In this document: one piece after another, positions 10,249 to 19,849 of the stretch
How positions within the stretch are numbered: position 1 is the stretch's first letter
Layout of the letters: each line of letters opens with the position of its first letter
IMG/VR virus record: IMGVR_UViG_3300009678_000089
Location: 1-41,874 of that record
Origin: a virus
Lineage: Duplodnaviria > Caudoviricetes
Strand: one strand, 5' to 3'
Length of the DNA stretch: 41,874 bases
The notes under the pieces: model-generated
Seen by the model: the letters and a program-made list of their open reading frames with translations, nothing else
Told to the model about the DNA's origin: nothing
The model's database searches: none
Program-made: the position numbers and the translations under genes

Positions 10249-10285
10249 GGGGCCAGGATTTACGCCGCTGTCCTGGCCCCTTTTT
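10249..10285 (+). terminator. intrinsic terminator
   Basis: GGGGCCAGGA / TCCTGGCCCC 10-bp stem followed by TTTTT. Confidence 0.8.
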
Positions 10286-10323
10286 CACGTTCCAATTCAC
10301 CCAGCAGAGTAGAAAGATGAGAT

Positions 10324-11400
10324 ATGTCTGATTCTAATATCAATTCTCCAACAGATGATGAAGAGATCCCGGTTATGCGTTTCGATCGGGGCAAGGATAT
10401 GGCTGCCGATCTTGATGTGCTAATGGATGAGGGTAATGACCCGGATATTGCCGCTGCGAATAAAGGTGCGGAGGTTGATCCAGCGACATCTCCGACGCCC
10501 AATATCCCGCCCGCTACGGCCCCTGAGATCGACGCAAATGATGGTGCCGGACAATCACCGGCCGAACCAGCTAGCGGCCAGGAGAGGGCCACACAGAGGG
10601 AGCCAGAGGCTCCCATTACTTCACCTACACCAAATGTAATTAATCTTGATGGGCTCGAGATTCCCGCCGATCAAGCTGGTGATGTTAAGAATTTGATTGA
10701 GTGGGCCAATTCGATGACGCCGGCCGAGTCGGCGAAGTTGATGGATTACTACAATAATATGAAGAGAGGGGTTCAGGTTTCAGAACCTCCTGCTGAAGTT
10801 CAAGCTCAGCCATCCCCACAACAGCCAGAGACTTTTATTCCCGATGATGTTCGTGGCGAATATCCTGATCTTGCACCGTTGTTCGATAAGATTGATGAAC
10901 GATTCGCTGCGTATGATGAGCGGTTTGCAAGTGTAGAGGAATTTGACACTCAGATTCAGCAAAGGACAGAGGCAGAGGAACAGCAAGCGGCAATTGCAGT
11001 TGAGATCGAGACGGTTAAGTCGTTCCAAAATGATCTCGGACTTAGCGATGAAGAAACCACATTCCTACATTCTGCAGCGGCTCGGTCTAATTTGGCTCCT
11101 GCATTTATTCAGCAGTTTGGACTTGAAGGTGGTTTCCGAAAGACCCTCGAGTTTGCTCTACAGTCGAATCCGGATATTAATAACAGAGTTGTAGCGGCTC
11201 AACTACAGGCATTGGCTACAGGTGAGGAAGTTAATGCGAGGAAGGCTAATGCGGGTCAATTGACTGGCGATGGCGGCAATGTTAATCGTGAGAGTTATGT
11301 CCGTGGAGAAACACTAAGTCCACGTGCAAATAAACCGCGACTTTCTGAAAAGACTGCTGCTATGGCGGCTGATCTTGACAGAATGCAGAGTGGTATGTAA
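10324..11400 (+). CDS. capsid scaffolding protein
   Basis: Acidic, disordered N-terminus plus coiled coil, directly upstream of the major capsid gene. Confidence 0.7.
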   Translation: MSDSNINSPTDDEEIPVMRFDRGKDMAADLDVLMDEGNDPDIAAANKGAEVDPATSPTPNIPPATAPEIDANDGAGQSPAEPASGQERATQREPEAPITSPTPNVINLDGLEIPADQAGDVKNLIEWANSMTPAESAKLMDYYNNMKRGVQVSEPPAEVQAQPSPQQPETFIPDDVRGEYPDLAPLFDKIDERFAAYDERFASVEEFDTQIQQRTEAEEQQAAIAVEIETVKSFQNDLGLSDEETTFLHSAAARSNLAPAFIQQFGLEGGFRKTLEFALQSNPDINNRVVAAQLQALATGEEVNARKANAGQLTGDGGNVNRESYVRGETLSPRANKPRLSEKTAAMAADLDRMQSGM

Positions 11401-11447
11401 TGGTTAGTTATCAATACTTTTCATTCACTTCTGATTGGAGATAAACA

Positions 11448-12392
11448 ATGCCGGCTCCGGTAGGTGCGGACCATATTTCGGCAATTGTCAACCGTCACCT
11501 TATGGACGACGTTGTTGATCTTGCCTACACTGGCAATCCGCTGTTCTTCAGGATCTATAACAGTAACCGCCGATTTATTGAGGGCGGATACCAGATTGAA
11601 CAGCCTGTGATTGCGTACCAGTTCACCGCTGGTGGATCGTTTAGTGAGCTCGAGCCTCTTAATATGGCTCCGCAAGACACTGAGCGTTCCGCTGCATGGG
11701 GATGGAAGGAAAAGTACGTCCCGGTTGTGTTCAGTAATCTCTCACTTGTTAAGATGGACACCTCAGAATCTATTGCGAATGGTGTTCAGATTCGAGTTGA
11801 GCAGGCTGCAATGATGATGAGGGAGCATCTCGGTACCGATCTTTATTCTGATGGTACTAACCCGAAAGATGTGGAAGGTTTGCGACTGGCAATTGCGACT
11901 ACTGGTATTTACGGTGGTTGGGATCGGTCATCTGCAACATGGTTTGCGGGTGTCCTTACTGCTGGTGCTGCTCTTGGTACTGACTTTACTCTCCTTCAAA
12001 ATTACTGGTCGGCAGCTACAAGAGGTGGAAAGAATCCTACTATTGGGATTACTACTCAGGTGATCTACAATAAGATTCTTACCATCGCTCAGGCTAAGAC
12101 TCAGTACCATGTGAATACCAATGAGAAGGATACTGTTCTGGCTAATGCTGGGTTCCACAATGTTCTGTACAATGGGACTCCGCTGGTGATTGACCCGAAG
12201 TGCCCGTCAGGTGATTTGTACTGGCTGACTGAGGATTTCATTAAGCTCGCAGTTTCCCCTCGATCGGACTTCTTCATGGAGCCATTCCAGCGTGCTTATA
12301 ACCAGGCTGGTATTGGTACTAAGCTTCTGTTCACTGGTAATCTTCTCGTGACAGCCCCCGCCGTTCAGCACCGCGTTACGGGTGTCTCGTAA
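11448..12392 (+). CDS. major capsid protein (HK97 fold inferred)
   Basis: 314 aa; VVDLAYTGNPLF, GGYQIEQPV, LYSDGT..KDVEGL, GFHNVLYNGTPLVIDPKCP pattern typical of a widespread phage MCP family; GGAG RBS. Confidence 0.88.
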   Translation: MPAPVGADHISAIVNRHLMDDVVDLAYTGNPLFFRIYNSNRRFIEGGYQIEQPVIAYQFTAGGSFSELEPLNMAPQDTERSAAWGWKEKYVPVVFSNLSLVKMDTSESIANGVQIRVEQAAMMMREHLGTDLYSDGTNPKDVEGLRLAIATTGIYGGWDRSSATWFAGVLTAGAALGTDFTLLQNYWSAATRGGKNPTIGITTQVIYNKILTIAQAKTQYHVNTNEKDTVLANAGFHNVLYNGTPLVIDPKCPSGDLYWLTEDFIKLAVSPRSDFFMEPFQRAYNQAGIGTKLLFTGNLLVTAPAVQHRVTGVS

Positions 12393-12426
12393 TTAACCAC
12401 CACGATACAGATTAGGAAGGAAACAA

Positions 12427-12903
12427 ATGTCAGGTTCGTTGCTTACTGGTCCTACTCGGCGTGGTTATAACTTCGCCGGGTTCCTCACTCCCGACGGTGC
12501 GGTGATTCATTACTGCACTTCGTCTGACCATTATCGTGCGGATGCTGCGGTTAAGGAAGGGGATGCGGTTTACTTCGTTCCCCCGACTTCTGCTAATCCG
12601 CTGTCCGTTACGCCCACTGCGGCGGCTACGGGATTGTCTCGGCGATTCGCTGGCGTTGCACTTAATGCAGCTGCGGCTGGTGCAATGGTTGGAATTGTCC
12701 CTGTCGGTGGTATTGCAGTTGTCCGTGTGACTTCTGCTACCACATTGGGTCATGCGTTGAATACTTCTGCTACGCCTGGTGCATTGACCACTGTTGGTGC
12801 CGTCACGATTGCCGCTGGCGATACGGTGGCACTTGCACTTACCGCTGATGTCACCATTGGAGCTCAGCGTTGGGTTATCGCTAGACTCATTGAGAATTAC
12901 TAA
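12427..12903 (+). CDS. capsid decoration/cement protein
   Basis: Ala/Gly/Thr-rich; GDAV, FAGVALNAAAAG, GDTVALALTA motifs; immediately after MCP. Confidence 0.7.
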   Translation: MSGSLLTGPTRRGYNFAGFLTPDGAVIHYCTSSDHYRADAAVKEGDAVYFVPPTSANPLSVTPTAAATGLSRRFAGVALNAAAAGAMVGIVPVGGIAVVRVTSATTLGHALNTSATPGALTTVGAVTIAAGDTVALALTADVTIGAQRWVIARLIENY

Positions 12904-12940
12904 AATCAACTAGCTCGGCTTTGCTGGGTGCTGACGGACC

Positions 12941-12975
12941 ATCCCCCCTTTCCTTAATTGGATTGGGGGGATTTT
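12941..12975 (+). terminator. intrinsic terminator after the capsid genes
   Basis: ATCCCCC...GGGGGAT stem followed by a T run. Confidence 0.65.
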
Positions 12976-12993
12976 CCGTGATTAAACCGCTGA

Positions 12994-13022
12994 TTGCAAT
13001 AGAGCTCTGAATATGATACTGT
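12994..13022 (+). promoter_or_regulatory. promoter for the tail/ejection block
   Basis: TTGCAA, 17 nt, TACTGT with extended TG. Confidence 0.5.
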
Positions 13023-13072
13023 CCCTGATATACTAAATTAATTCCACCCAGCAACATGACAAGGATTCGTAT

Positions 13073-13795
13073 ATGTCGGTTCAGCCTGATTTTACAGATA
13101 TGCCGGTTTTCTCCGGGCCAATGCAAGAGGATACCCCGGTGTGTTTGATTAACCGGGATGATGTCGAAAGGAAATTTGAGTACATTCGGACTCTATACGT
13201 TGCGCCGCCGAGTAAGATGATTTACATTACTTGGAAGGTTGCGTGTGCGTGGCTCGCCGATCCAACACTTTCTGATTCTCCCGGTGCGCCGGAGCGGTCA
13301 ATGCGGATTAGAATTGTGCAGAGTTGGTGTGGGTATTTCGGGGACAATTGGGAAGAGTGGTTGGAGTTCCGCCCGAAGCTCGAAGTTTACACCATGCAGC
13401 AACAGCGCATCTTTATGGCTAGTGAAGATGAGACTGGCAAGTTCTCGCCGATTATCAGTAACGGAATGAATGATACTGATATGGAGGTGAGGATTCAGCA
13501 GTTGGAAGAGACTATTGCGCTGTTGAAGGAAAATGCTGCGGGTAACGTTATTTCCAGTGACATTGTTCTTCCACGGCCAGAGGAACGGCACATGGACCCT
13601 CGAGTTGTGCCGGTAGAAACGCATGACATTCCCGAGGATCTTTCGCACTTTGGCAACGCTCCGTCAATGGTCGAGAGTTTGAATATGGGACAATCGCCCA
13701 CAAGGCCAGAAGATGCCAGTACACCTGAAAGCTCTGGTAGCGTTATTGCTAAGGATACTGTGGAAGGATTGGAAGAGGACAAGGCGAAGAAATAA
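13073..13795 (+). CDS. hypothetical protein
   Basis: 240 aa ORF, AAGGA RBS. Confidence 0.75.
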   Translation: MSVQPDFTDMPVFSGPMQEDTPVCLINRDDVERKFEYIRTLYVAPPSKMIYITWKVACAWLADPTLSDSPGAPERSMRIRIVQSWCGYFGDNWEEWLEFRPKLEVYTMQQQRIFMASEDETGKFSPIISNGMNDTDMEVRIQQLEETIALLKENAAGNVISSDIVLPRPEERHMDPRVVPVETHDIPEDLSHFGNAPSMVESLNMGQSPTRPEDASTPESSGSVIAKDTVEGLEEDKAKK

Positions 13796-13802
13796 GTTGA
13801 GG

Positions 13803-14096
13803 ATGAATCGTAAAGAGATTACCCACTCCTTGCTTACTAATGATACGGCACTTAAGGCATTGTATTCTGATCTGGCTACGTTGGAGGGTTCGATCCCCGC
13901 AATGAGATTCGCTGCATATGCTGGGTGTCAATCGACTCTGATTAAGGATAAGGAGTTTGCCGCTATTGGAGCGACAGCGGATTTGAACAGGGAACTGATT
14001 GATACTAAATATCAGATTGAAGGCATGGAGTCATCGCAGCGCACTCTCCGATCTATTCTAGCTCATGGTTATCTCGACGATGAAGAGGACGAGTAA
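13803..14096 (+). CDS. hypothetical coiled-coil protein
   Basis: ATG 13803 after GAGG; TAATG junction with the next gene. Confidence 0.7.
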   Translation: MNRKEITHSLLTNDTALKALYSDLATLEGSIPAMRFAAYAGCQSTLIKDKEFAAIGATADLNRELIDTKYQIEGMESSQRTLRSILAHGYLDDEEDE

Positions 14097-15985
14097 TGGC
14101 GGGTAATGAACAGAAGCTGGAATTCCTTGACTTTTCCGTGTTTCGTGCTGGCATTGCCAGTGACGATGCACAATCAGCGCTGGGTAATCCACATGCTGAT
14201 ATCGAGAATCAGTACGCTGTGTTTGAGGAAGATAATACTTATGGGTGTATAGCGGGAACTAAATCGGGGTTGTTGGCTGGGCCAAGAGTTGAAGTAGAGA
14301 TGGACTATACAATGGCCGACGCTTCTGCGATTGGCACTTGGGTCCCGGATAATACTAATCCTGCCGGCGTGCTGGATACCGCCATTATTTCGCCATTTGC
14401 TGAGTTCTATGGTGCCGCTGAATCCGCTGGTGGTGGCATTTCACTAAATCATAAGCAACAGTCGATTATGATGATTGGGTTCGGAGCCTTTGCCAGTAAT
14501 AATAATGGTACTGGCTATCATGGGTTTCGGAAAATGCGGTTGATGGACTATGGGCAGTTGACCAGCGATATTGATTTCATTGGGTATTATCACGGCATTG
14601 ATGTTGGTACTGCTGCTGCACCAGTTCAACCTGGTGGTGGGAATTTCGTAGCTAACTTCATGGACTACTATGGCTGGATGAACATTACGCCATTCAGGTT
14701 TTTGAAGAATCCATTGCCGGATGATAAGAATAAGGCCGGGGTACCGTCGTTCATTGCAACGTCGCTCGCAATGGCAAATCCGTTAGGGTATGGAGTTTGC
14801 TCGGTTGTTCAAACTCTATCACTAGGTACTCTGCCGGGTTGGGCGGTTAACAACGTTCCTGATGCTGTATGTAATGTTACGGCATCGTGTATTCATCAAG
14901 GAAGGTTGGTCACTGCTGCTGGCCCTAACGATTTCGGCGCATGGGTTGATGAGCCATTGTTTCTCCAGCCGCAAGGTGGGCGATCGCTTCATAATAACAA
15001 TCTACATTTTACACGGAGATACAATTTCACTTCATCGGATTGGGCTACTGGTACTGTTGCGGGTAAGACAATTGTTCTGCCTAATGAGAGCAAGTGGAAT
15101 ACTATTAATGCGCTACTATCAGTTAACTATAATGACCTTGTTATTCTCAATGCCAATTCTGGGCTCACTGTGGTTCGGGGTGATATTGAGTCGGCCGGAT
15201 CACAGATTATCCATTTCCCCGGTGTTACGCCCACTTTTGGAGCTACTCCTAAGCCTGTGACAACTGACGCCGGCGTTGTGTATGGATCAAGGGTCGGAGC
15301 TTTCCTGTGGAATGGCGGTGATAAATCAGTCTGCATTTCACAGCAACTACGTCCGGACTTTATGAACACGTATATGTTTGACCGGCATTGGCACGCAATG
15401 CAGACACGGGGGAAACTGGCATATCGGTACCCGTACATCTTTGCGCCAAATGAGTGGGTCTACGATGTTCGGACTGAATCGTGGTGGAAGATCAGGAAGA
15501 AGCAAACTTCCACTCTTTTCTCTGGGTATCCAGATAATCCTTGGATTCACTATGACGTTCAGTACGATGGTCAAGTGTATGCAACTCGAGCTCAGGTTAA
15601 GGTAGACGCAGCCAATCCAAAGTTCATGGCGAGAATCAATCCTGATGCTAGGGAGTATATTTATAAGGCGAGGACGCATCCCATTTCCGCCACTATTTCA
15701 CGACGCACAAGGTTGCGGGAAATGGTGGTGCGGACTAGGGGACATGGAAGTCGGGATAAGATGACTGTGAGAATTTACGCTGATGGTGGTGATTTGAAGA
15801 AGGAGTTTCAGGTTGACTGTCAGTTGAATAAGACAATCAACACTCTGGTTAACATGGATATCACAGGGATGGATATTCAGATCGAGTTTGAGGCTGAAGA
15901 TTTGCATGTGATTGCAGGGGCTCCCGATCTGCTAGGGTTTCGCATGGGGTATTCCACTGACTCGAAGTATCTGGCGGCAGTGTAG
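14096..15985 (+). CDS. tail nozzle / tubular protein B-like (P22 gp10/T7 gp12 analogue)
   Basis: 629 aa, beta-rich; IHQGRLVTA, GAFLWNGG..VCISQQL, YDVRTESWW patterns of a propeller; synteny. Confidence 0.6.
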   Translation: MAGNEQKLEFLDFSVFRAGIASDDAQSALGNPHADIENQYAVFEEDNTYGCIAGTKSGLLAGPRVEVEMDYTMADASAIGTWVPDNTNPAGVLDTAIISPFAEFYGAAESAGGGISLNHKQQSIMMIGFGAFASNNNGTGYHGFRKMRLMDYGQLTSDIDFIGYYHGIDVGTAAAPVQPGGGNFVANFMDYYGWMNITPFRFLKNPLPDDKNKAGVPSFIATSLAMANPLGYGVCSVVQTLSLGTLPGWAVNNVPDAVCNVTASCIHQGRLVTAAGPNDFGAWVDEPLFLQPQGGRSLHNNNLHFTRRYNFTSSDWATGTVAGKTIVLPNESKWNTINALLSVNYNDLVILNANSGLTVVRGDIESAGSQIIHFPGVTPTFGATPKPVTTDAGVVYGSRVGAFLWNGGDKSVCISQQLRPDFMNTYMFDRHWHAMQTRGKLAYRYPYIFAPNEWVYDVRTESWWKIRKKQTSTLFSGYPDNPWIHYDVQYDGQVYATRAQVKVDAANPKFMARINPDAREYIYKARTHPISATISRRTRLREMVVRTRGHGSRDKMTVRIYADGGDLKKEFQVDCQLNKTINTLVNMDITGMDIQIEFEAEDLHVIAGAPDLLGFRMGYSTDSKYLAAV

Positions 15986-16653
15986 TGAAAACGCCCAATC
16001 AAGCTAGCCTCATTCTACCGCATACGGTTCTTGATGATGCTAAGACTAATGAGGATATGCGGGCGATTAGCACATGGTCGCAGAGTCAGGTATTTCCGAT
16101 TGTTTGGCGCAGTGGGCAGTTAGCAGAGAATTGGGCGTATAATGCTAGCGTTGCTGTAAATATGCAGCATGTTATTATTGCTGGAAAATCCAATGACAGC
16201 CACATGGTGATTTATAAGCAGAAGGATTGGTCTTGGCTTGCGGTTGATGGGTATATTGAACACTATCGGTACCTGACTACTGGTAATGCGTCTATTAACT
16301 TTTATATATTCTTGCGCCCATATGGCTTTACTCCATCATTAGGTGATGGAATTAAGATTGGATCAGCATGGAGTGATCGGTTGAGTCCTGTGACTTCATT
16401 CGTAGGCGGCGGATATCTGCGTTGGCATACCCCATTTTGTTCTGGCCCTATTAGATCCCTGAATGATACGGGCCAGGCAATTAATGGTATTTGGCTTCCA
16501 GCGGGCAGATATGATTGTAGCGTTAAGGTAAAGGTCACTAACTTTTCCGGTAATGATTTTGGCATTGGCGCCAGTGATGCCGGTATCCAGGCCGATAAAA
16601 TGGCTTTTACGATTACTGAATATCCCCCTACTCCTAGCATTGGTGGTATTTGA
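15985..16653 (+). CDS. putative tail protein
   Basis: GTG start overlapping the nozzle stop; beta-rich. Confidence 0.5.
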   Translation: MKTPNQASLILPHTVLDDAKTNEDMRAISTWSQSQVFPIVWRSGQLAENWAYNASVAVNMQHVIIAGKSNDSHMVIYKQKDWSWLAVDGYIEHYRYLTTGNASINFYIFLRPYGFTPSLGDGIKIGSAWSDRLSPVTSFVGGGYLRWHTPFCSGPIRSLNDTGQAINGIWLPAGRYDCSVKVKVTNFSGNDFGIGASDAGIQADKMAFTITEYPPTPSIGGI

Positions 16654-16655
16654 AC

Positions 16656-17360
16656 ATGCCAATTACTCTAGAACATGCCAGAATTCAGCTGCGGGAAAGG
16701 CTGGGTGAACCTCATGGTGAAGGGTCGTTTGAGAATAAGGAATTGAATACGTGGCTGGAAGAGGGTGCGAGACAAGTAGCTATTATTACTGAGTGTTTCG
16801 CTACCACCTCTGATGTTGTTGCGTTGACTGGACAATATATTTTCAACGCCCCGCCAAATGCGATTAGAGTGAATCGCATGGAGTGGTGCGATAATAACCC
16901 GGTTACCGCCAATTCTGTTATCTATCCATTGGAATCATGTCCGATGGTTAAGCTTAACAATTTCCGGCAGGGGGGGCAGTCTACTAGCCGAGGAGTTCCT
17001 AGTGTTTGGTCATGGTGGGGATATCCCGGAACTACAACGTTTAGGCTTCACGTATATCCCGCCGCCCATACGCCGGGCACGCTCCGCATTCATTACTATC
17101 GTTACCCTACTTCTACTGGCGATGTTGATAGTGCTAATCTCGATGTGGTTGAGGGCTGGGAACACTTCATCTACGATTACGCCGAGTACCGTGCTAGAAT
17201 TAAAGACCGAGACATCGATATCGCTAAAACGCTAAAGGAAGATTTCGACGGTAATGTCCAGGGATTGCGGCAACAGTTCCGAGCTCTAACTGATAACCAG
17301 AATGGCAGTCTCGAGCCTGACCCATTTCGCTATGATCCTTATGATCCTTACGGCTGGTAG
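16656..17360 (+). CDS. head-tail adaptor / tubular protein A-like
   Basis: LRERLGE..ELNTWLEEG, GQYIF..P, HVYPA..GTLRIHYYRYP, HFIYDYAEYRA pattern of podophage adaptor proteins. Confidence 0.75.
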   Translation: MPITLEHARIQLRERLGEPHGEGSFENKELNTWLEEGARQVAIITECFATTSDVVALTGQYIFNAPPNAIRVNRMEWCDNNPVTANSVIYPLESCPMVKLNNFRQGGQSTSRGVPSVWSWWGYPGTTTFRLHVYPAAHTPGTLRIHYYRYPTSTGDVDSANLDVVEGWEHFIYDYAEYRARIKDRDIDIAKTLKEDFDGNVQGLRQQFRALTDNQNGSLEPDPFRYDPYDPYGW

Positions 17361-17368
17361 GAGTAGCC

Positions 17369-18499
17369 ATGACTAGTTTTGGTATGGACCCGGTTGGGTA
17401 CGTTAAGAGGAAAATTGGGTGGGTAGATGCTGAACAGGTAAAGCAGCCGAAGAAGCAGACTTACAGTAAGCCTGCGCCAAAAAGCACAATGACCAATTTG
17501 CAGATTCAGCAGCAAGCTTGGGATAAGGCTGCGAAAGCGTATATGACAGGGCAGAATAATTGGAACCAGAATGCAACGATGGGCGTTAACGCTGCCCTTG
17601 CGATGCAGGGTCCAGAGCGCTATCAAATGCGTATGAATCAATTGGATGCGCAGAGGGATGTTGAACGAGCCAATCTTCAAGCTGCGTCAACTGGTGGTGC
17701 TGGAACTCGTGCTAATGAGATTGCGGCATTGGAGTACAGACTAGGGCAGGAGAACGCGAAGGGGGATATGGCGTCAATCCTGCGTGCGTCTGCGCTTAAA
17801 GATCAACTTTTGGCATTGCGTAATCAGGAGCGTGAAGGTAGCAAGGGTTTGATTACTCAGGCAATGAGGCAGGCCGAGGCGTCTAAGAATGCGAAAATGC
17901 AGGGCAATGAGTTGGGCCGGAAGGAAGCCAATCTCAATGCAAAGATGAATACAGAGGGTATTCGGTCGAATGCGACTGGCAACTTCTTTGCACCCGGTCG
18001 CTTGATGGAAGAACAAGCCCAGACAGATATCCTGAGTAATGCGTTGGCTAATTACGGTCTGGCGGATGACGAGCTCAATCGTGAATATGCTGGGTACATT
18101 CGGGATGCTGAGGAAAAGATTAACCAGATTACTCGTGACCTTCTCGCTGATACGGGTAAGACAAATGAGGAGAGGGAACAGGACGCTGAGAAGATCCGGC
18201 AAATTCAGCGTGGGCAGGAATTGGCATTTGCTCAGATGAATGCTGCGAAGGCCGGTAATAATGATGCTTCTCAGATGGCTAAATGGAATGCTGCTGTGGC
18301 CGCCAATAGGGCAAATGAGCAGAAGTTCTACACTGCGCTGGTTAATAACTCTAAGGATCAGCAAGCTTGGATTCAGGGAATTGCAGCCGCTGGTAATCAG
18401 CCAAAGCCACCACCACCAGCTAGGCCCGGTGCTGGCGTAAAGGTTCCGACTTCTGCTGCACAACGTAAACAACAACTCGCCGCCAGAAAGAATAGGTGA
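17369..18499 (+). CDS. internal virion (DNA ejection) protein
   Basis: Ala/Gln/Asn-rich helical protein after the adaptor; podovirus synteny. Confidence 0.55.
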   Translation: MTSFGMDPVGYVKRKIGWVDAEQVKQPKKQTYSKPAPKSTMTNLQIQQQAWDKAAKAYMTGQNNWNQNATMGVNAALAMQGPERYQMRMNQLDAQRDVERANLQAASTGGAGTRANEIAALEYRLGQENAKGDMASILRASALKDQLLALRNQEREGSKGLITQAMRQAEASKNAKMQGNELGRKEANLNAKMNTEGIRSNATGNFFAPGRLMEEQAQTDILSNALANYGLADDELNREYAGYIRDAEEKINQITRDLLADTGKTNEEREQDAEKIRQIQRGQELAFAQMNAAKAGNNDASQMAKWNAAVAANRANEQKFYTALVNNSKDQQAWIQGIAAAGNQPKPPPPARPGAGVKVPTSAAQRKQQLAARKNR

Positions 18500-18505
18500 T
18501 AGATC

Positions 18506-19849
18506 ATGTCTAACTTTTCCCGTGGTGGTGGTATTCCAAACTGGCGGACTGCTGTTGACCTTTTTAATCGGGGTTTGGTTGACCCTGGCGAAGTCGATTT
18601 CGTTCATAATATGCAACCGCTCGAGGGCTTTAGTAGTACGACAATGACGCCCGGTGAGGCATTGCTTAAGTCAGTTGGGAATCGGCATAATCTCCGGGCC
18701 ATTTCATCTGGCATTGGTGGCGGTCGTGAACTTATGGCTGGGCCACAAGCATTGGCATTACCACCTGGCAGTACCGGCCCGGCATATTCTGCGCCAATTG
18801 TGCAAGGTCCAATTGGTAGTACAGGGAAGATGGCTCAGCAGATTGAAGGGGTTAAGCCTTTTAATCCTATGGCGGGGATTAAATCTACAGCTAAGCCATT
18901 GGGCGCTGAAGCGGCTAAGAGTGGACTGTCAGGGTTTATCAAGGATATGTACGGTGGCGCTAAGGGTAAGGTTAGTGGTACTAAACTAGGCGCACGGTTG
19001 GTGAAGAATTCTGGTATCACGGATGACATTGCGAAAGCCGCTGCCAGTTCCGCCGATGAAGGTGCCAGTGGTATCGCTAAGTGGATTGGCGAGGGCGGAG
19101 GCATTGCAAAGGGCGGTGCATTGGCAAAGGGTTTGAAGTCCGGTGTTGCGGGTTACGTTGCACAATCTGCCGCTGATAGGTTTGTGCCGACTGAATCTGG
19201 CACCTGGAAGGACTTTGTCAAGGATGTTGGAATTGGCGCTGGAACTGGCGCTATATTCGGCGGTATCCCTGGCGCTGCAATTGGTGGCGGAGTTAGCGTT
19301 GGCGCCTGGTTGTTGGAGAAAATGCAAAGCGATGATGAGAAGGAACAGAAGAAGAATGCTGAGAAGGGTGATCCGACAGAAGAAACGCTGAATGATCTGA
19401 TTACTCTAGGGCAGCAAACGGGAACTGATGAGAATCTGCTAAAGGAAATTATCGCACGATACACGGTCGATGTTGCGCGAATTGACCCGTATGATGAGAA
19501 TGGTGATCAGAAGGATGAAGAGACTCTAGCCGGGGAATTCGATATGGCCCGGAATTCGTCATTGGATATGTTGGCGGAGATCGCCGGCTATTCTCAGCAG
19601 GACGTTGAAGAAGATCAAATGACGAGCTACTCGCCACAGGAATACGAGAACATTATGGCGATTCAGCAGAAGTTTGCTCAGCCGTATGTTGATATCGTGC
19701 GACAGGATCCGATGGCATTGTCCATGATGATGCAGTCGATGCAGGCATTCCCATATATGCTGCTACAGGAACAGAATGCAGCGCGGGCTAAATCTGCAAA
19801 GGATGCGCCAAAGCAATTGCACCTTTCTGATTTTAAGAAGGCAAGATAA
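18506..19849 (+). CDS. internal virion (DNA ejection) protein with a glycine-zipper segment
   Basis: GIGAGTGAIFGGIPGAAIGGGV putative membrane-inserting glycine zipper; synteny. Confidence 0.55.
   Translation: MSNFSRGGGIPNWRTAVDLFNRGLVDPGEVDFVHNMQPLEGFSSTTMTPGEALLKSVGNRHNLRAISSGIGGGRELMAGPQALALPPGSTGPAYSAPIVQGPIGSTGKMAQQIEGVKPFNPMAGIKSTAKPLGAEAAKSGLSGFIKDMYGGAKGKVSGTKLGARLVKNSGITDDIAKAAASSADEGASGIAKWIGEGGGIAKGGALAKGLKSGVAGYVAQSAADRFVPTESGTWKDFVKDVGIGAGTGAIFGGIPGAAIGGGVSVGAWLLEKMQSDDEKEQKKNAEKGDPTEETLNDLITLGQQTGTDENLLKEIIARYTVDVARIDPYDENGDQKDEETLAGEFDMARNSSLDMLAEIAGYSQQDVEEDQMTSYSPQEYENIMAIQQKFAQPYVDIVRQDPMALSMMMQSMQAFPYMLLQEQNAARAKSAKDAPKQLHLSDFKKAR

Noticed and set aside
17774-18616. 280-aa antisense ORF, and other shadow ORFs such as 40323-40943 +
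   Set aside because: They lie opposite well-supported genes, lack RBSs and have implausible composition
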